DNA from: Chloroflexota bacterium
GTDB lineage: Bacteria; Chloroflexota; UBA11872; VXOZ01
Reading direction: 5' to 3'
Assembly: GCA_965221905.1 (NCBI GenBank)
Contig: OZ244922.1
Location: 2,464,001-2,528,000, forward strand
DNA: 64,000 bases
Of the stretch, positions 8,613 to 18,150 are shown piece after piece; within the stretch, counting starts at the first letter, position 1; every line of letters begins with the position of its first letter. The notes beneath the pieces are model-generated. The model was not told the origin of the DNA and did no database searches. It worked only from the letters and a program-made list of their open reading frames with translations. The position numbers and the translations under genes were made by a program.

Positions 8613-10397
8613 ATGAACGGAAGCCTTGTCAGTCTCAATGGGTTACTTACCGGAAACCAAGTGTTCGATACTCCCGTTTACCAGAGGGGCTATGCCTGGG
8701 AAAGGAAGAATCTGGAGGACCTGTGGGAGGACCTCTATTACTTGGACTCCTCCAAGAAGCACTACTTCGGAACGGTGCTTCTAAAAGATTCGGGGAAGAC
8801 CGCTCGAATCGCGCTAGCTACTTTGAAGCGGCTCGATGTGATAGACGGCCAGCAGCGGCTTACTACTGTCCTGATACTGTTGCGAGAGATCATCTCGCAG
8901 TTGAAAGAGGTAAGCGCCAATGAGTTGCGGGGAGATGTGGATGCTCTGGAGAGGAACTATCTGAAAGACGGTGGTCATTACAAACTGAACCCTTTGGGTG
9001 ATGATGGTGACTTCTTCCACCATGTCGTCATTGAAGGCAATGATTTTGGCGACACTACGACTCACTCCCAGCGTCGTCTGACGGAGGCCAGAGATTTCTT
9101 CAGAGAACGACTCATCGGCGAGAAAGAACAGCATGCTTCCGAATATCAGAACTTTCTGGTGCAACTCAAGCAGAAGATCGACAATCTTCAACTCATACAG
9201 TACCAGGTCAACTCGGATGCGGATGCCATTCGCATCTTCGAGACCGTTAACGACAGAGGCCGCCCTCTGAGCAATCTTGAGAAGACGAAGAGCTTCCTCA
9301 TGCACACTTCGTACCTTGGGATAGAAGACGATGACGCTGTGGCCGGGAGGCTCAGAGAGTTGAACGGCCACTTTTCCGGAATATATCATCACTTCGAAGA
9401 CGTGATCGGAACCAAACATATGGAACGCTTGCGCATGGATGAGAATGACGTTCACCGTTACCACTTCATAAACTACATTTCGCCCGGAGACGCTTCTTCG
9501 CGTCCCACCGACAGCCTCAAGGATCGCATTAGGGACAAGCTGAGGAAAGACCCTGAAGAGTGTGTCGAGTATGCAATCACCTACGCTAGAGATTTGGAGA
9601 TGGCTTTCCTCGCAGTGAAGCAAATTACCGAAGCCTACAAGGAGGATGAAGAAGGTGGGGCCCTTAGCAAGATATTCATGCTGGAGAGGATGGGGAACAT
9701 ATTTCCGCTCTTGATAGCCTCCTGGCTGAGGTTCGGAGACGATGTCCCACGTCTGGAGGAGATCCTGAAACTCCTGGAGACATTCATCGTTCGTGTGTAC
9801 CTGGTGAGTGGATACCGGAGCCATACCGGAGCGTCAGGGTTCAATGGGATGGCTCGCAGAGTGCACCGCAAGAGACTGGACTACGACGGCCTGCTTGGTG
9901 AACTAAGGGGGATGAATCGCTATTATCAGAACGACGAACACTTCATGTGGGCACTTGGTCAAGGCAACCTCTATGACCGCCTAAGCTCAAGAACCATAAG
10001 GTACCTGCTGAGCGAATATGAGATTCATCTCAGAACGAAGGTTGATGTGCCACTGGCTGTCGCGACACAGGAGAAAATCCTGTCGTCCGAATACGAAGTA
10101 GAGCATGTCTGGGCTCAGCATCCGTCTTATGAAATGGGCGCAAAGGAACAGATGGAGCACCAGCAGCATGTCCATCGGCTTGGTAACTTGACCATAGCTT
10201 CACAGTCGTGGAACAAAAGTATGGGAAACAAGACATTCCAGGAGAAGCGGTGGCAACCTGGAGAGATGCCTAGTTACTCAAACTCTATTTTGCTGGTACA
10301 GAAGGAGCTAGCTAAGCTTCCCTCTTGGGATGTCGACGCGATCAACAACCGGGAGGCCGATATAGTGGACTTCGCACTGCAAAGGTGGTCTGTATAG
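8613..10397 (+). CDS. GmrSD-like type IV restriction endonuclease (DUF262 + DUF1524/HNH)
   Basis: DUF262 motifs PVYQRGYAW, VIDGQQRLTT and IFETVNDRG; C-terminal VEHVWAQ...HRLGNLT...WN HNH-like motif. Confidence 0.9.
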   Translation: MNGSLVSLNGLLTGNQVFDTPVYQRGYAWERKNLEDLWEDLYYLDSSKKHYFGTVLLKDSGKTARIALATLKRLDVIDGQQRLTTVLILLREIISQLKEVSANELRGDVDALERNYLKDGGHYKLNPLGDDGDFFHHVVIEGNDFGDTTTHSQRRLTEARDFFRERLIGEKEQHASEYQNFLVQLKQKIDNLQLIQYQVNSDADAIRIFETVNDRGRPLSNLEKTKSFLMHTSYLGIEDDDAVAGRLRELNGHFSGIYHHFEDVIGTKHMERLRMDENDVHRYHFINYISPGDASSRPTDSLKDRIRDKLRKDPEECVEYAITYARDLEMAFLAVKQITEAYKEDEEGGALSKIFMLERMGNIFPLLIASWLRFGDDVPRLEEILKLLETFIVRVYLVSGYRSHTGASGFNGMARRVHRKRLDYDGLLGELRGMNRYYQNDEHFMWALGQGNLYDRLSSRTIRYLLSEYEIHLRTKVDVPLAVATQEKILSSEYEVEHVWAQHPSYEMGAKEQMEHQQHVHRLGNLTIASQSWNKSMGNKTFQEKRWQPGEMPSYSNSILLVQKELAKLPSWDVDAINNREADIVDFALQRWSV

Positions 10398-10431
10398 TTT
10401 CACCGCTCGGCACCCTTCCCAAAGTACCCTA

Positions 10432-10806
10432 TCAGGACGGGGGTTGGCTTGGTGGATTCACTGGATAGTCCTCCGGCTTGCCCGTGTCACCGGGCTGGAT
10501 TACAAAGTCTCGACGTTCCCGGTAAAAACGAGCACGGTTCAGCACGTAGTTCTCCCCGGGTTTCAGGTCATCCCAATGGGTCATCAGCCAGTATTTGTGG
10601 TCGCCGATGAACAGATAGGTGTTGTTCATGCGAAAGAAGCGGCAAGCCACGCCCTCTCCAGCGCGGAATCTCTCGCAGACTGCCTCCAGCAACTCCTGCC
10701 GACCGTCCATCTCGGACAGAATGTACTCGTGGGGCCAAGTATCCCGATAGGTAACCGCCTCCCGCCAGGGTGCACGGGCTATCAACTCCGTAAGCGTTGA
10801 TGTCAT
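10432..10806 (-). CDS. Hypothetical protein (WxxAxT...PHEY type)
   Basis: ATG with a GGAG/AGGG RBS; natural-looking sequence PWREAVTYRDTWPHEY...YLFIGDHKYWLM...LNRA. Confidence 0.7.
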   Translation of the reverse strand: MTSTLTELIARAPWREAVTYRDTWPHEYILSEMDGRQELLEAVCERFRAGEGVACRFFRMNNTYLFIGDHKYWLMTHWDDLKPGENYVLNRARFYRERRDFVIQPGDTGKPEDYPVNPPSQPPS

Positions 10807-11115
10807 TCCCTATGACTCCCTAATTCTTCATGGAGAAGCCGCGCAGTTGCAGCACAGGAAGCTCCGTTCGCCGGGATTCACCAGTGCAGGTGCAACGCCA
10901 TTGAACGCCACGTACGCAACACCTCTCGTCGTAGCTTGGTGGCACTTTACTCAAATTGGCCTCTATGGACAACCAATACCCCGGCGCGGGAAAGGGGTGT
11001 CCGGAGTCCTTCTCGCCGATGGAGACTTTTGCGCAACTCTTGCCCCTTGATGGAATAAGGCCGGGACAGGGGTGTTAAAAACTGACGTTAAGCAATTGTG
11101 GGTAATGCAGCACCT

Positions 11116-11144
11116 CTGGATTCCGGCTTTCGCCGGAATGACGG
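11116..11144. repeat. REP-like palindrome, GTCATTCC/GGAATGAC family
   Basis: CTGGATTCCGGCTTTCGCCGGAATGACGG; related copies near 19870 and 35542. Confidence 0.8.
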
Positions 11145-11275
11145 ATTATGCAAGAGTCTCCGTAGGTACTCCTGAGAAAGACGGTCGCGGGCTTTCACCT
11201 GACGGCTTAAGACCAGAGGCCAGCTTATACTGCCAAACAGAACCTCAGCGTGAAGTTTCTCGGCTTTGTCCAGCT

Positions 11276-11351
11276 TGGTGGGCCCAATCGGGGTCGACCC
11301 GACGACCTCGTGAATGCCATTCACGCGCTCTCCCACCTGAGCTACGGGCCC
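11276..11351 (-). tRNA. Variant tRNA-Ala(GGC)-like gene (G3:C70, T54>G); possibly a pseudo-tRNA
   Basis: 76 nt: GGGCCCG TA GCTC AGGTGGGA GAGC G CGTGA ATGGCAT TCACG AGGTC GTCGG GTCGACC CCGAT TGGGCCC A CCA. Full cloverleaf with encoded CCA. Confidence 0.85.
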
Positions 11352-11492
11352 GCATTCAACTATAATTGTAGGCGATCCGTTTTGCGCCTACTTGATCAAG
11401 ATAGAATGTTGACCACCCTCGCCGGCGGTTCCCATCAGCCCGGCACCAAGGAGCCCACTCTTGCGCGACCATAATGAGAAAATAGCGGCAAT

Positions 11493-12620
11493 CTAGGAAG
11501 TCTGACAGTTCGGATAGCCGCTGCGCAATGGTGTGCCGCTCGACGAATACGGGTCTCCTTCAACGATGCGCTCGAAAAAGGTAGCATCTGCCGCCGTCAC
11601 GTTGCACCAGTAGAAGCCCAGTGCCTGAAACGTCGGATAGTCCGGTATGTGCCGCCATTTCAGTTGGCTCGCGTCGTAGGCAAAGATACGGTCATCAAGG
11701 CCATCGAAGCGTCGCGCTAACTGGTTCGGCTCCGGGAAACGATGGTCCAACGGAATAGACGCCACCACACCCACCGGCACGGAGTACCGTGTGTTCACTA
11801 TCTCCCAGGGGATGGAGTAGACCAATGGGCTTCCCGGCGCCACCCAACGGCGCACTATCTTACCGCTGTCCTCATAGCGCACGATGACATAGGTTTGGCC
11901 TAGGGTTGCGTCGCGAATGATGCCGACGACAACCTGACTTGAACCATCCCTTGCGATCCAGCCAACGCCCAACTCGAAAGTGGCGCCCGCTTCGTCATGA
12001 CGCGTGATGACGAGACGATCTCCAACCACCTCGGTAGCCGTGGCGGAATTCGTTTGCCCAATCACCCGCGGCAGCGTGGAGTCGTCCGATTCATCCGAAT
12101 CAGTAGTGATCGTTCCCGTCTGGATCGCTCCCGGTATTACCCGAATGGAGGTCTCGTCGGAGTATTCTCCCACGCCAATCCGGTTCACCGCGGCTACCCT
12201 CACGGAATACGTGGATTCTGGTTGTAGCCCGCTAAGCCGGATGGGTCGCGCCTGGTCTTCTTCGACAAGCATCGAAATGCTGAAGTCGTCACCCGCCCTG
12301 TAGTATTCAATTGCGTATCGGAGAATGCTCGACCCACCATCACCAGGTGTACTCCAATTGACATCAATGGCGTTGGTGCCAACGACCCGCAGCGAGGGCG
12401 TGCCCGGCTTTTCCGGCACGGTTGGATCGTCTGCAATTGCCGCGCCTGTCCCTACGGTGGCAAAGAGAGCAATCAGCCCCGCCATTGCGACTAGCACGAG
12501 CCCCGCGCGCCGCAACAACGCTATCGTCAATCGTAGCGGTGAAGAAGGTGCACCTTCCGCGCTTATCCAAGGTCGGTTGCTTGCGATCTGCTTACCCATC
12601 ATGATGCCTAACCCTTCCAC
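11493..12620 (-). CDS. Secreted/membrane-anchored fibronectin type III domain protein
   Basis: Hydrophobic N-terminal segment; FN3 motif PEKPGTP...VNWSTPGDGGSSILRYAIEY...LSGLQPESTYSVRVAAVNRIGVG; unrecognised C-terminal domain. Start codon uncertain. Confidence 0.8.
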   Translation of the reverse strand: MEGLGIMMGKQIASNRPWISAEGAPSSPLRLTIALLRRAGLVLVAMAGLIALFATVGTGAAIADDPTVPEKPGTPSLRVVGTNAIDVNWSTPGDGGSSILRYAIEYYRAGDDFSISMLVEEDQARPIRLSGLQPESTYSVRVAAVNRIGVGEYSDETSIRVIPGAIQTGTITTDSDESDDSTLPRVIGQTNSATATEVVGDRLVITRHDEAGATFELGVGWIARDGSSQVVVGIIRDATLGQTYVIVRYEDSGKIVRRWVAPGSPLVYSIPWEIVNTRYSVPVGVVASIPLDHRFPEPNQLARRFDGLDDRIFAYDASQLKWRHIPDYPTFQALGFYWCNVTAADATFFERIVEGDPYSSSGTPLRSGYPNCQTS

Positions 12621-13013
12621 TAAGTCTGGCTATGCGCTACGAACTCAATGAATGCAGTTTGCGCTATCGTGCCGACGCCTCTGTCCTGAGAACTAAGGAA
12701 CAGCAAGGATGACTTGAAGGAAAATTGCGAAAGTGAACCGAGAAGGTTTTGTCTGGAGAGCTTAGCAATGGGCTAAGCTACTTTCGTCGCTCTTGGTAGG
12801 ATAGGGGATCAAATACGAATATGCAGGATTCCACGAGATTGTGCGGCATTCAAGGAAATCTTAGACGCTTCTTACAAGAGAGGACATATCGGAACCAGTG
12901 CGGCGAAACTCACCGGCACAATACAATCCGCGGGCAGTATCTTGAATCACTCGAAAAGCCATGGGGCAATAGTGAATCACCCAAAACTACATGGTGATTC
13001 GCATCTGGAACTC

Positions 13014-13089
13014 TGGTGGACCCGATCGGGCTCGAACCGACGACCTCATGAATGCCATTCACGCGCTCTCCCAACTGAGCTACGGGCCC
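13014..13089 (-). tRNA. tRNA-Ala(GGC), canonical
   Basis: GGGCCCGTAGCTCAGTTGGGAGAGCGCGTGAATGGCATTCATGAGGTCGTCGGTTCGAGCCCGATCGGGTCCACCA: G3:U70, A32-U38, TTCGA T-loop, CCA. Confidence 0.97.
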
Positions 13090-13102
13090 GCATTCGTCTA
13101 TA

Positions 13103-13111
13103 ATTGTAGCA
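13103..13111 (-). promoter_or_regulatory. Extended -10 promoter (TGcTACAAT) of tRNA-Ala
   Basis: Minus strand TGCTACAAT just upstream of the tRNA 5' end. The variant copy keeps TACAAT at the equivalent place but not the TG. Confidence 0.6.
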
Positions 13112-13178
13112 TCGAAACGGGAGTCGCGTAAACGCACCGTCAGCAAGCCAGCAGGCACATGGCAAAAGGAGTCCTAAA

Positions 13179-14231
13179 ATGGCTACTTACCGCGTTGGTA
13201 TCGTCGGCTGCACTGGCATTGCCAGTCAGCCGTCTCAATCGTTGTCGCACCCCATCCTCGGCACTGTTGCGCCGCATTCCCACGCGGCGGGCTATGATTG
13301 CGTTCCTTCGACGGAAGTCGTTGCGGTATGCGACCTGGTGCCGGAGCGCACCCAGGCTTTCGTTGCAACGTGGCAACATCGCTGGTCGAACATCTCGCAG
13401 TATCAAGACTACCGCGAGATGCTGGCTCGAGAGAACTTGGACATCGTGAGCGTGGTGACTTCCGATCACCGCCACGCTGACATTACCATTGCCGCCGCGG
13501 AAGCCGGGGCGCGCGCAATTTTCTGCGAAAAGCCGCTTGCCACTACGGTCGCCGACGCCGATCGCATGATCGAGGCAATTGAAAAGCACGGTGTCTTTCT
13601 CTCCGTCGATCACAGCCGTCGTTGGCAGCCTCAGTGGTATGAGGCGCGTGAAGCAATCCGCAACGGCGCAATCGGCCCGGTGCGTACGATAGTCGGCAAA
13701 CTCGGCGGCGTACGCGCTATGCTCTTTCGCAACGGCACGCACCTGATGGATGCGATTTGCTTCTATGCTGACGGGGAACCGGAGTGGCTGACGGCACGAT
13801 ACGACGACCGCTTTGCGGACTACGGTCCGCGCTACGCCGGCGACGGCGGGCACGATCCCAGCACTGATCCCGGTGTCTGCTCTTTTATTCTCTTCTCGAA
13901 CGGTGTGCGCGCGTTCTATAGCGGCGGGCAGGACGTTTTTCCTCGCTTCGAATTAGAAGTGATGGGGGAGACGGGTCGGATACGCTTGGGTAATTCCAGC
14001 GCTGCCGAAATTGAAACCGACGACGGCGTTCAAGCGCTTTCACCGGCTTCGGCTACGGTCTCAGGCAGCGCCGCCGCCATCGAAGAGCTCATTGCACTGG
14101 TAGAAGGACGGGGTACTTTACCCCAGATTTCAGGACCCTACGACGGTCGGCGCGTGGCGGAAATCCTCGTCGCCACCGTGCAGTCGGCCTCCCAAGGCGG
14201 CGCGCCTTTGACGTTCCCGATTCAAGATTAG
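13179..14231 (+). CDS. Gfo/Idh/MocA family oxidoreductase
   Basis: RVGIVGCTGIA, FCEKPLA, GAIGPV, NGTHLMD; AAAGGAG RBS. Confidence 0.9.
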   Translation: MATYRVGIVGCTGIASQPSQSLSHPILGTVAPHSHAAGYDCVPSTEVVAVCDLVPERTQAFVATWQHRWSNISQYQDYREMLARENLDIVSVVTSDHRHADITIAAAEAGARAIFCEKPLATTVADADRMIEAIEKHGVFLSVDHSRRWQPQWYEAREAIRNGAIGPVRTIVGKLGGVRAMLFRNGTHLMDAICFYADGEPEWLTARYDDRFADYGPRYAGDGGHDPSTDPGVCSFILFSNGVRAFYSGGQDVFPRFELEVMGETGRIRLGNSSAAEIETDDGVQALSPASATVSGSAAAIEELIALVEGRGTLPQISGPYDGRRVAEILVATVQSASQGGAPLTFPIQD

Positions 14232-14347
14232 GACCATCGCGCTGAGCCCTCGTCTCCACGGGCGATATGCGAAACGCGGCTTGGGCGAGAGTGCGTGGTT
14301 GATTCTTCGTGGGAATGAGGTGTTTCCCTTTGCCCTGGCCTGGATTT

Positions 14348-14371
14348 GTAGCGCGGGGGCTTCTCTCCCGC
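14348..14371. repeat. GTAG-type REP palindrome
   Basis: GTAGCGCGGGGGCTTCTCTCCCGC; relative at 19660-19682. Confidence 0.65.
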
Positions 14372-14511
14372 TTTTGACGGTGGACATGAGGTGCGGCGCG
14401 AATTAGTTTCCGCGTGCGCGGGATTGACGGGCCGTCCTGAACACTGCCTGGAAAGCGTAGACTACTCACTTTGCTTGAAGGCAGGCTTGATTCAGCAGTA
14501 ATCAGACCGCC

Positions 14512-16944
14512 CTACGTGTGCATTCTCTGCTTGAGCCAGAAATAGAGGCGGAATGGCAACATGCTGTGGTAGCGCTGCAGCGTGGCCTCCAGCCCATTGA
14601 TTGTTTCGTCCTTGGCCTGTACGAGCTCGCCGATGTACTGGTCCTTCTGCATTACCGTATCCTCGAGGAAACGCAGCCGACCCTCCAACTCTACATGGCG
14701 TTCCACAAGGTCGCTCACCCAGCCGTGCATCCACTCCTCGAATTGGCCGGACACAACCACGTGAGGAGTTGGCTCGGCATCCGACTCCCGCAGCGCGTCC
14801 TCTATTCCTTCCGTAAACGCGTGGCGCAACACTGTTGCATAGTATTTCTCGCGGAGTTGCGGGTTGGCTATCTCGGTGACGCCGATTTCATCCGCCAGGT
14901 GCGGATACTTACCTAACATGCGCACCGCAGACTTCCCAGCAGCGCGCTGACGGGCAAGGAATTGCTCAAAGTCCACCGGCTCGGCATGGTAAGCAACCGC
15001 GCGCTCGTTAAATACCAAACGCACGCCTCGTTGCTGCAGGCGAATGGCGAGGTCTGCATCCTCATAGAAGCGCAGCAATTCGTCGAAACCTTCCAGGGCT
15101 AGAAAGTCCTCACGCCACACCGAGCAGTTCGCCGTATAGAAGCACGAAAAAGGCAGGTTTTCGGGATCGGTTATACGGTTGAACGCAAAGAGCACACCGC
15201 GCAAGGCCATCTCCATGAAGGGCGAAACTTCCAAGTCCGGGTGCCATGGAGTATACCCGGCTACTGCAAATCCTCTGCCCTTAGTCACGTGTGTCTGCAC
15301 GTGCTCTTCGATAAACCGAGGGTGCGGCACACAGTCATCATCCAAGAACACCAAGAGATCGCCGGACGCGGCGCCTACTCCCAGATTACGGGCGGCCGCC
15401 GGGCCGGCGTTCGCTTGGCGGATCATGCGCCAGCCGCTGCGCTCGCTGCATATGTCACCGAGTGTGGACGGAGTATCGTCCACAGAACCGTCATCCACAA
15501 AGAGCACTTCACCGGCAGGGTGACTCTGCGCCGCAAGCGCTTCGGCCAGTCTCGGCAAGAGGCGGGCGCGATTATAGGTGGGAATGATGAGACTCACCGT
15601 AGGTGCGGTCTCGGGCGCGACCGCAGACGGAGTTTCAGAAGTAATGCCTGCCGCCTCTTTCGGTTGAGGCAGCCTGCCAGGGGGAGTACCCGCGCTGCCG
15701 GCTCCACTCATGTGTTCTTTCTCTTCCGTCTGTTCCAACTGTTGTTCCAATCCGAGTGCCCGCACAATGGTCGGGAAAAGATCCTGCATTGCTAGTGTAG
15801 CGTGACCGGGCAGCCATGCCACAGAATGCGCAATGTAACGGCTCCAGTTATCTGTCACATCGGGCAGGTACCCGTGCATGCCTTGGATTGCCTCAGACTG
15901 GAAGAAGTTAGGGCAAATGAGCACCCCCCGCTCGGCAGCGTACATGATACGGCCATAGGGTGCAGGATCGGCATAGGCGACACCAAGTTCTTCGCGTTCA
16001 CTTTCTTGAATCGGGCGGACCCCTTCGATACCGTCGAGTGTCCGATGCAGCACTGACTCTGCCTGTTCGTGTGCCGGCCAGAGTCTAACGCCGGTGGAAT
16101 CTAGGAAGAATACATAGTCGTCGGGCACGCAGAGGCCGGTCTGGGCAAGTGCTGCCTGCACGTCCACGGTGCGCTCCACCGCAACCATGCCATGGTCCCC
16201 AAAGATCAATGCGGCGGCGCTGCCGTGCATTTCGTCAAGCGTGGCAAGCACGCGCTCCACGGCATGGTCGATACCCCTCAATGCCGACAGCACCTGCCGA
16301 CTGCCGGGGCCATGCTCGTGGCCGAGCCAGTCAAGCGCGCCAAAGTGCAGATAGACCAGCGCGTGTTCCGGCCTGACCGCCGCTTCAAATTGAGCCAAGA
16401 GGCGGTCAGTTTGCTGATCGTCGCGGGGGTGACCGAGTGCCAGCCAGGACTTACCTCTCTCGCGCAGCAGATCGTACACGCTCGGCACACCTAATGCGTT
16501 TTGTTCCTGCGAATCACGCTCCCAACCAAACGCGAATTGCGGCAAAAGGGCGGGAGGGATGCGGGCGGTCATGCCATAGCAGGCTGACGCACTATGCCCG
16601 CGCTCGTTTTCTATCAAGCGGGTCTTGCGGTCCCAGAGCGGACGCAACACGCTCTCTAGTTGCGGATGCCTAGCAAGGTCGCCCTCTGTAGGCAGGTCGA
16701 TCTCCTGAAAAGGCGATCTGTCGGGATCGCGGACAAACATTGTATGGCCGACTGTGGTTTGATTGGGCAGGCAGCCGGTGAGAAAACCGGGATGCTCCTG
16801 GAACCCATACGTGGGAATGAGCGGGCCGGACTTCCCCTCTTGCATGAGCCTGTAGAGAAACGGCGCACTCTGCGGCGTCACGTAGTCGTGCCGCAGCGCG
16901 TCAATCAACAAGAGAGCAAGGGGTGGATGCAAAGGTGTCGACAT
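14512..16944 (-). CDS. Fusion of an alkaline-phosphatase-superfamily (NPP-like) domain, a GT2 glycosyltransferase and a C-terminal coiled coil
   Basis: LIDALRHD, LDWLGHEHGP, GDHG and GMHGY metal motifs; then VSLIIPTYNR, VDDGSVD, GPAAARNLG, FLDDD, GFDE..YEDADL. ATG at 16944 lies just after the upstream gene's stop. Confidence 0.85.
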   Translation of the reverse strand: MSTPLHPPLALLLIDALRHDYVTPQSAPFLYRLMQEGKSGPLIPTYGFQEHPGFLTGCLPNQTTVGHTMFVRDPDRSPFQEIDLPTEGDLARHPQLESVLRPLWDRKTRLIENERGHSASACYGMTARIPPALLPQFAFGWERDSQEQNALGVPSVYDLLRERGKSWLALGHPRDDQQTDRLLAQFEAAVRPEHALVYLHFGALDWLGHEHGPGSRQVLSALRGIDHAVERVLATLDEMHGSAAALIFGDHGMVAVERTVDVQAALAQTGLCVPDDYVFFLDSTGVRLWPAHEQAESVLHRTLDGIEGVRPIQESEREELGVAYADPAPYGRIMYAAERGVLICPNFFQSEAIQGMHGYLPDVTDNWSRYIAHSVAWLPGHATLAMQDLFPTIVRALGLEQQLEQTEEKEHMSGAGSAGTPPGRLPQPKEAAGITSETPSAVAPETAPTVSLIIPTYNRARLLPRLAEALAAQSHPAGEVLFVDDGSVDDTPSTLGDICSERSGWRMIRQANAGPAAARNLGVGAASGDLLVFLDDDCVPHPRFIEEHVQTHVTKGRGFAVAGYTPWHPDLEVSPFMEMALRGVLFAFNRITDPENLPFSCFYTANCSVWREDFLALEGFDELLRFYEDADLAIRLQQRGVRLVFNERAVAYHAEPVDFEQFLARQRAAGKSAVRMLGKYPHLADEIGVTEIANPQLREKYYATVLRHAFTEGIEDALRESDAEPTPHVVVSGQFEEWMHGWVSDLVERHVELEGRLRFLEDTVMQKDQYIGELVQAKDETINGLEATLQRYHSMLPFRLYFWLKQRMHT

Positions 16945-16945
16945 A

Positions 16946-18007
16946 TCAGTGACAGTAGCGAAACCAAGCGGCAACAACCGCGCGGCGCACGAGCGGCCAC
17001 GAGTTGCCTGCGCAGGTGATGCCTGCTCTCGACAACAGGTCACGTGCCAGCGAGAGCATGCTCGCGTCCGGTTGCTTTTCGTCCCAAGCGGCAAGTGTTA
17101 CATACTGGGCAGCCTCGATCGCAGCGCGCCGAGGGTCTCCGGCAGCATTGTAGTTTGCCACGAAAAGCGCCAGTTCTTGCGGAGTCTCGAAGGGGCGGTG
17201 ACAAGCGTACATCCAATTCATCAAGTACAAGAATGTGCGGAGCAATTCACCGCGCGTGCGCTGCCAAAAGGATGCAGTCGGTATGTCGAGTTGCGCAGGA
17301 TCCAAATTCTGACGGAGGCGCCAAGCAGCCTCAACAAGCTCAACGCGCTCACATCCAACGGGAAGCAACGACCGCAACAGGTCACGCTTGCCTTCGTAGC
17401 GAATCGCATACATGCCATGGAGCAGCGCCACGGAGTCGGCAAGCGCAAATGCCGCCTTGGCAGTCTGGTAGGCAAGAAAGAGTGCGGCCCGCGGGTCATG
17501 CTCGGATGCATTCGGGCCATCCTCCACGCTCTCCAGCAAACAAATCATGCGGTTGAGCAGCAAGACCTGTGCCTCGATGAGGGGAATGTCCGCCGGTTCC
17601 CAATGCGGCAGAGCGTGCAAGAGACTCGCATCTCCGTGAAACACGTAACCCTCATGACGGAAATCATAATTGAAAATGCTCGGTGGCAACCAAGCAAACC
17701 GATGGAGGCCCACGCCCACGAGGTCCACGCCGCGTAGACCAACCTGCCGCGCCACTTGCGCACCCAGGGACTTGCAAAGCTCTGCTTCCGGCTCCACCTT
17801 GGCCACTACAACCACATCATAGTCGTTGTACGGCTGGGACTCTCCAGCAGACTCCAGGAAGGAACCTTCACCGTGGGCAAAACTGCCGGTAAGAATTATT
17901 GTCTCGACATCCGGCACGCTGCGAATCACTACTTGTCGCAGCCGTTCCAGATCCCGGACAACCCGTGGGTGAATTCTCGTCTGTGTGGGCACTTCCATGC
18001 CCTCCAT
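16946..18007 (-). CDS. DNA pol-beta-superfamily nucleotidyltransferase domain protein
   Basis: IILTGSFAHGEG...NDYDVVVV...VDL catalytic signature followed by a helical C-terminal region. Confidence 0.75.
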   Translation of the reverse strand: MEGMEVPTQTRIHPRVVRDLERLRQVVIRSVPDVETIILTGSFAHGEGSFLESAGESQPYNDYDVVVVAKVEPEAELCKSLGAQVARQVGLRGVDLVGVGLHRFAWLPPSIFNYDFRHEGYVFHGDASLLHALPHWEPADIPLIEAQVLLLNRMICLLESVEDGPNASEHDPRAALFLAYQTAKAAFALADSVALLHGMYAIRYEGKRDLLRSLLPVGCERVELVEAAWRLRQNLDPAQLDIPTASFWQRTRGELLRTFLYLMNWMYACHRPFETPQELALFVANYNAAGDPRRAAIEAAQYVTLAAWDEKQPDASMLSLARDLLSRAGITCAGNSWPLVRRAVVAAWFRYCH

Positions 18008-18150
18008 TATATGAGGACTCCCGGCCGCGTGCGCAGGCAGCTCTTCGCAATCTTTGACCTCGCGGTGATGTCACCGTACAATGCAGAACGTGTAATTGCT
18101 CATCGGCATGCCCTACCCGTATGCTAAGAATCTTAAGAGAGAGGAAAGAC

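Noticed and set aside
11088-13158. Paired ORFs containing GERVNGIHEVVGS (11088-11336 and 12910-13158)
   Set aside because: They are translations of the two tRNA-Ala copies, not proteins.
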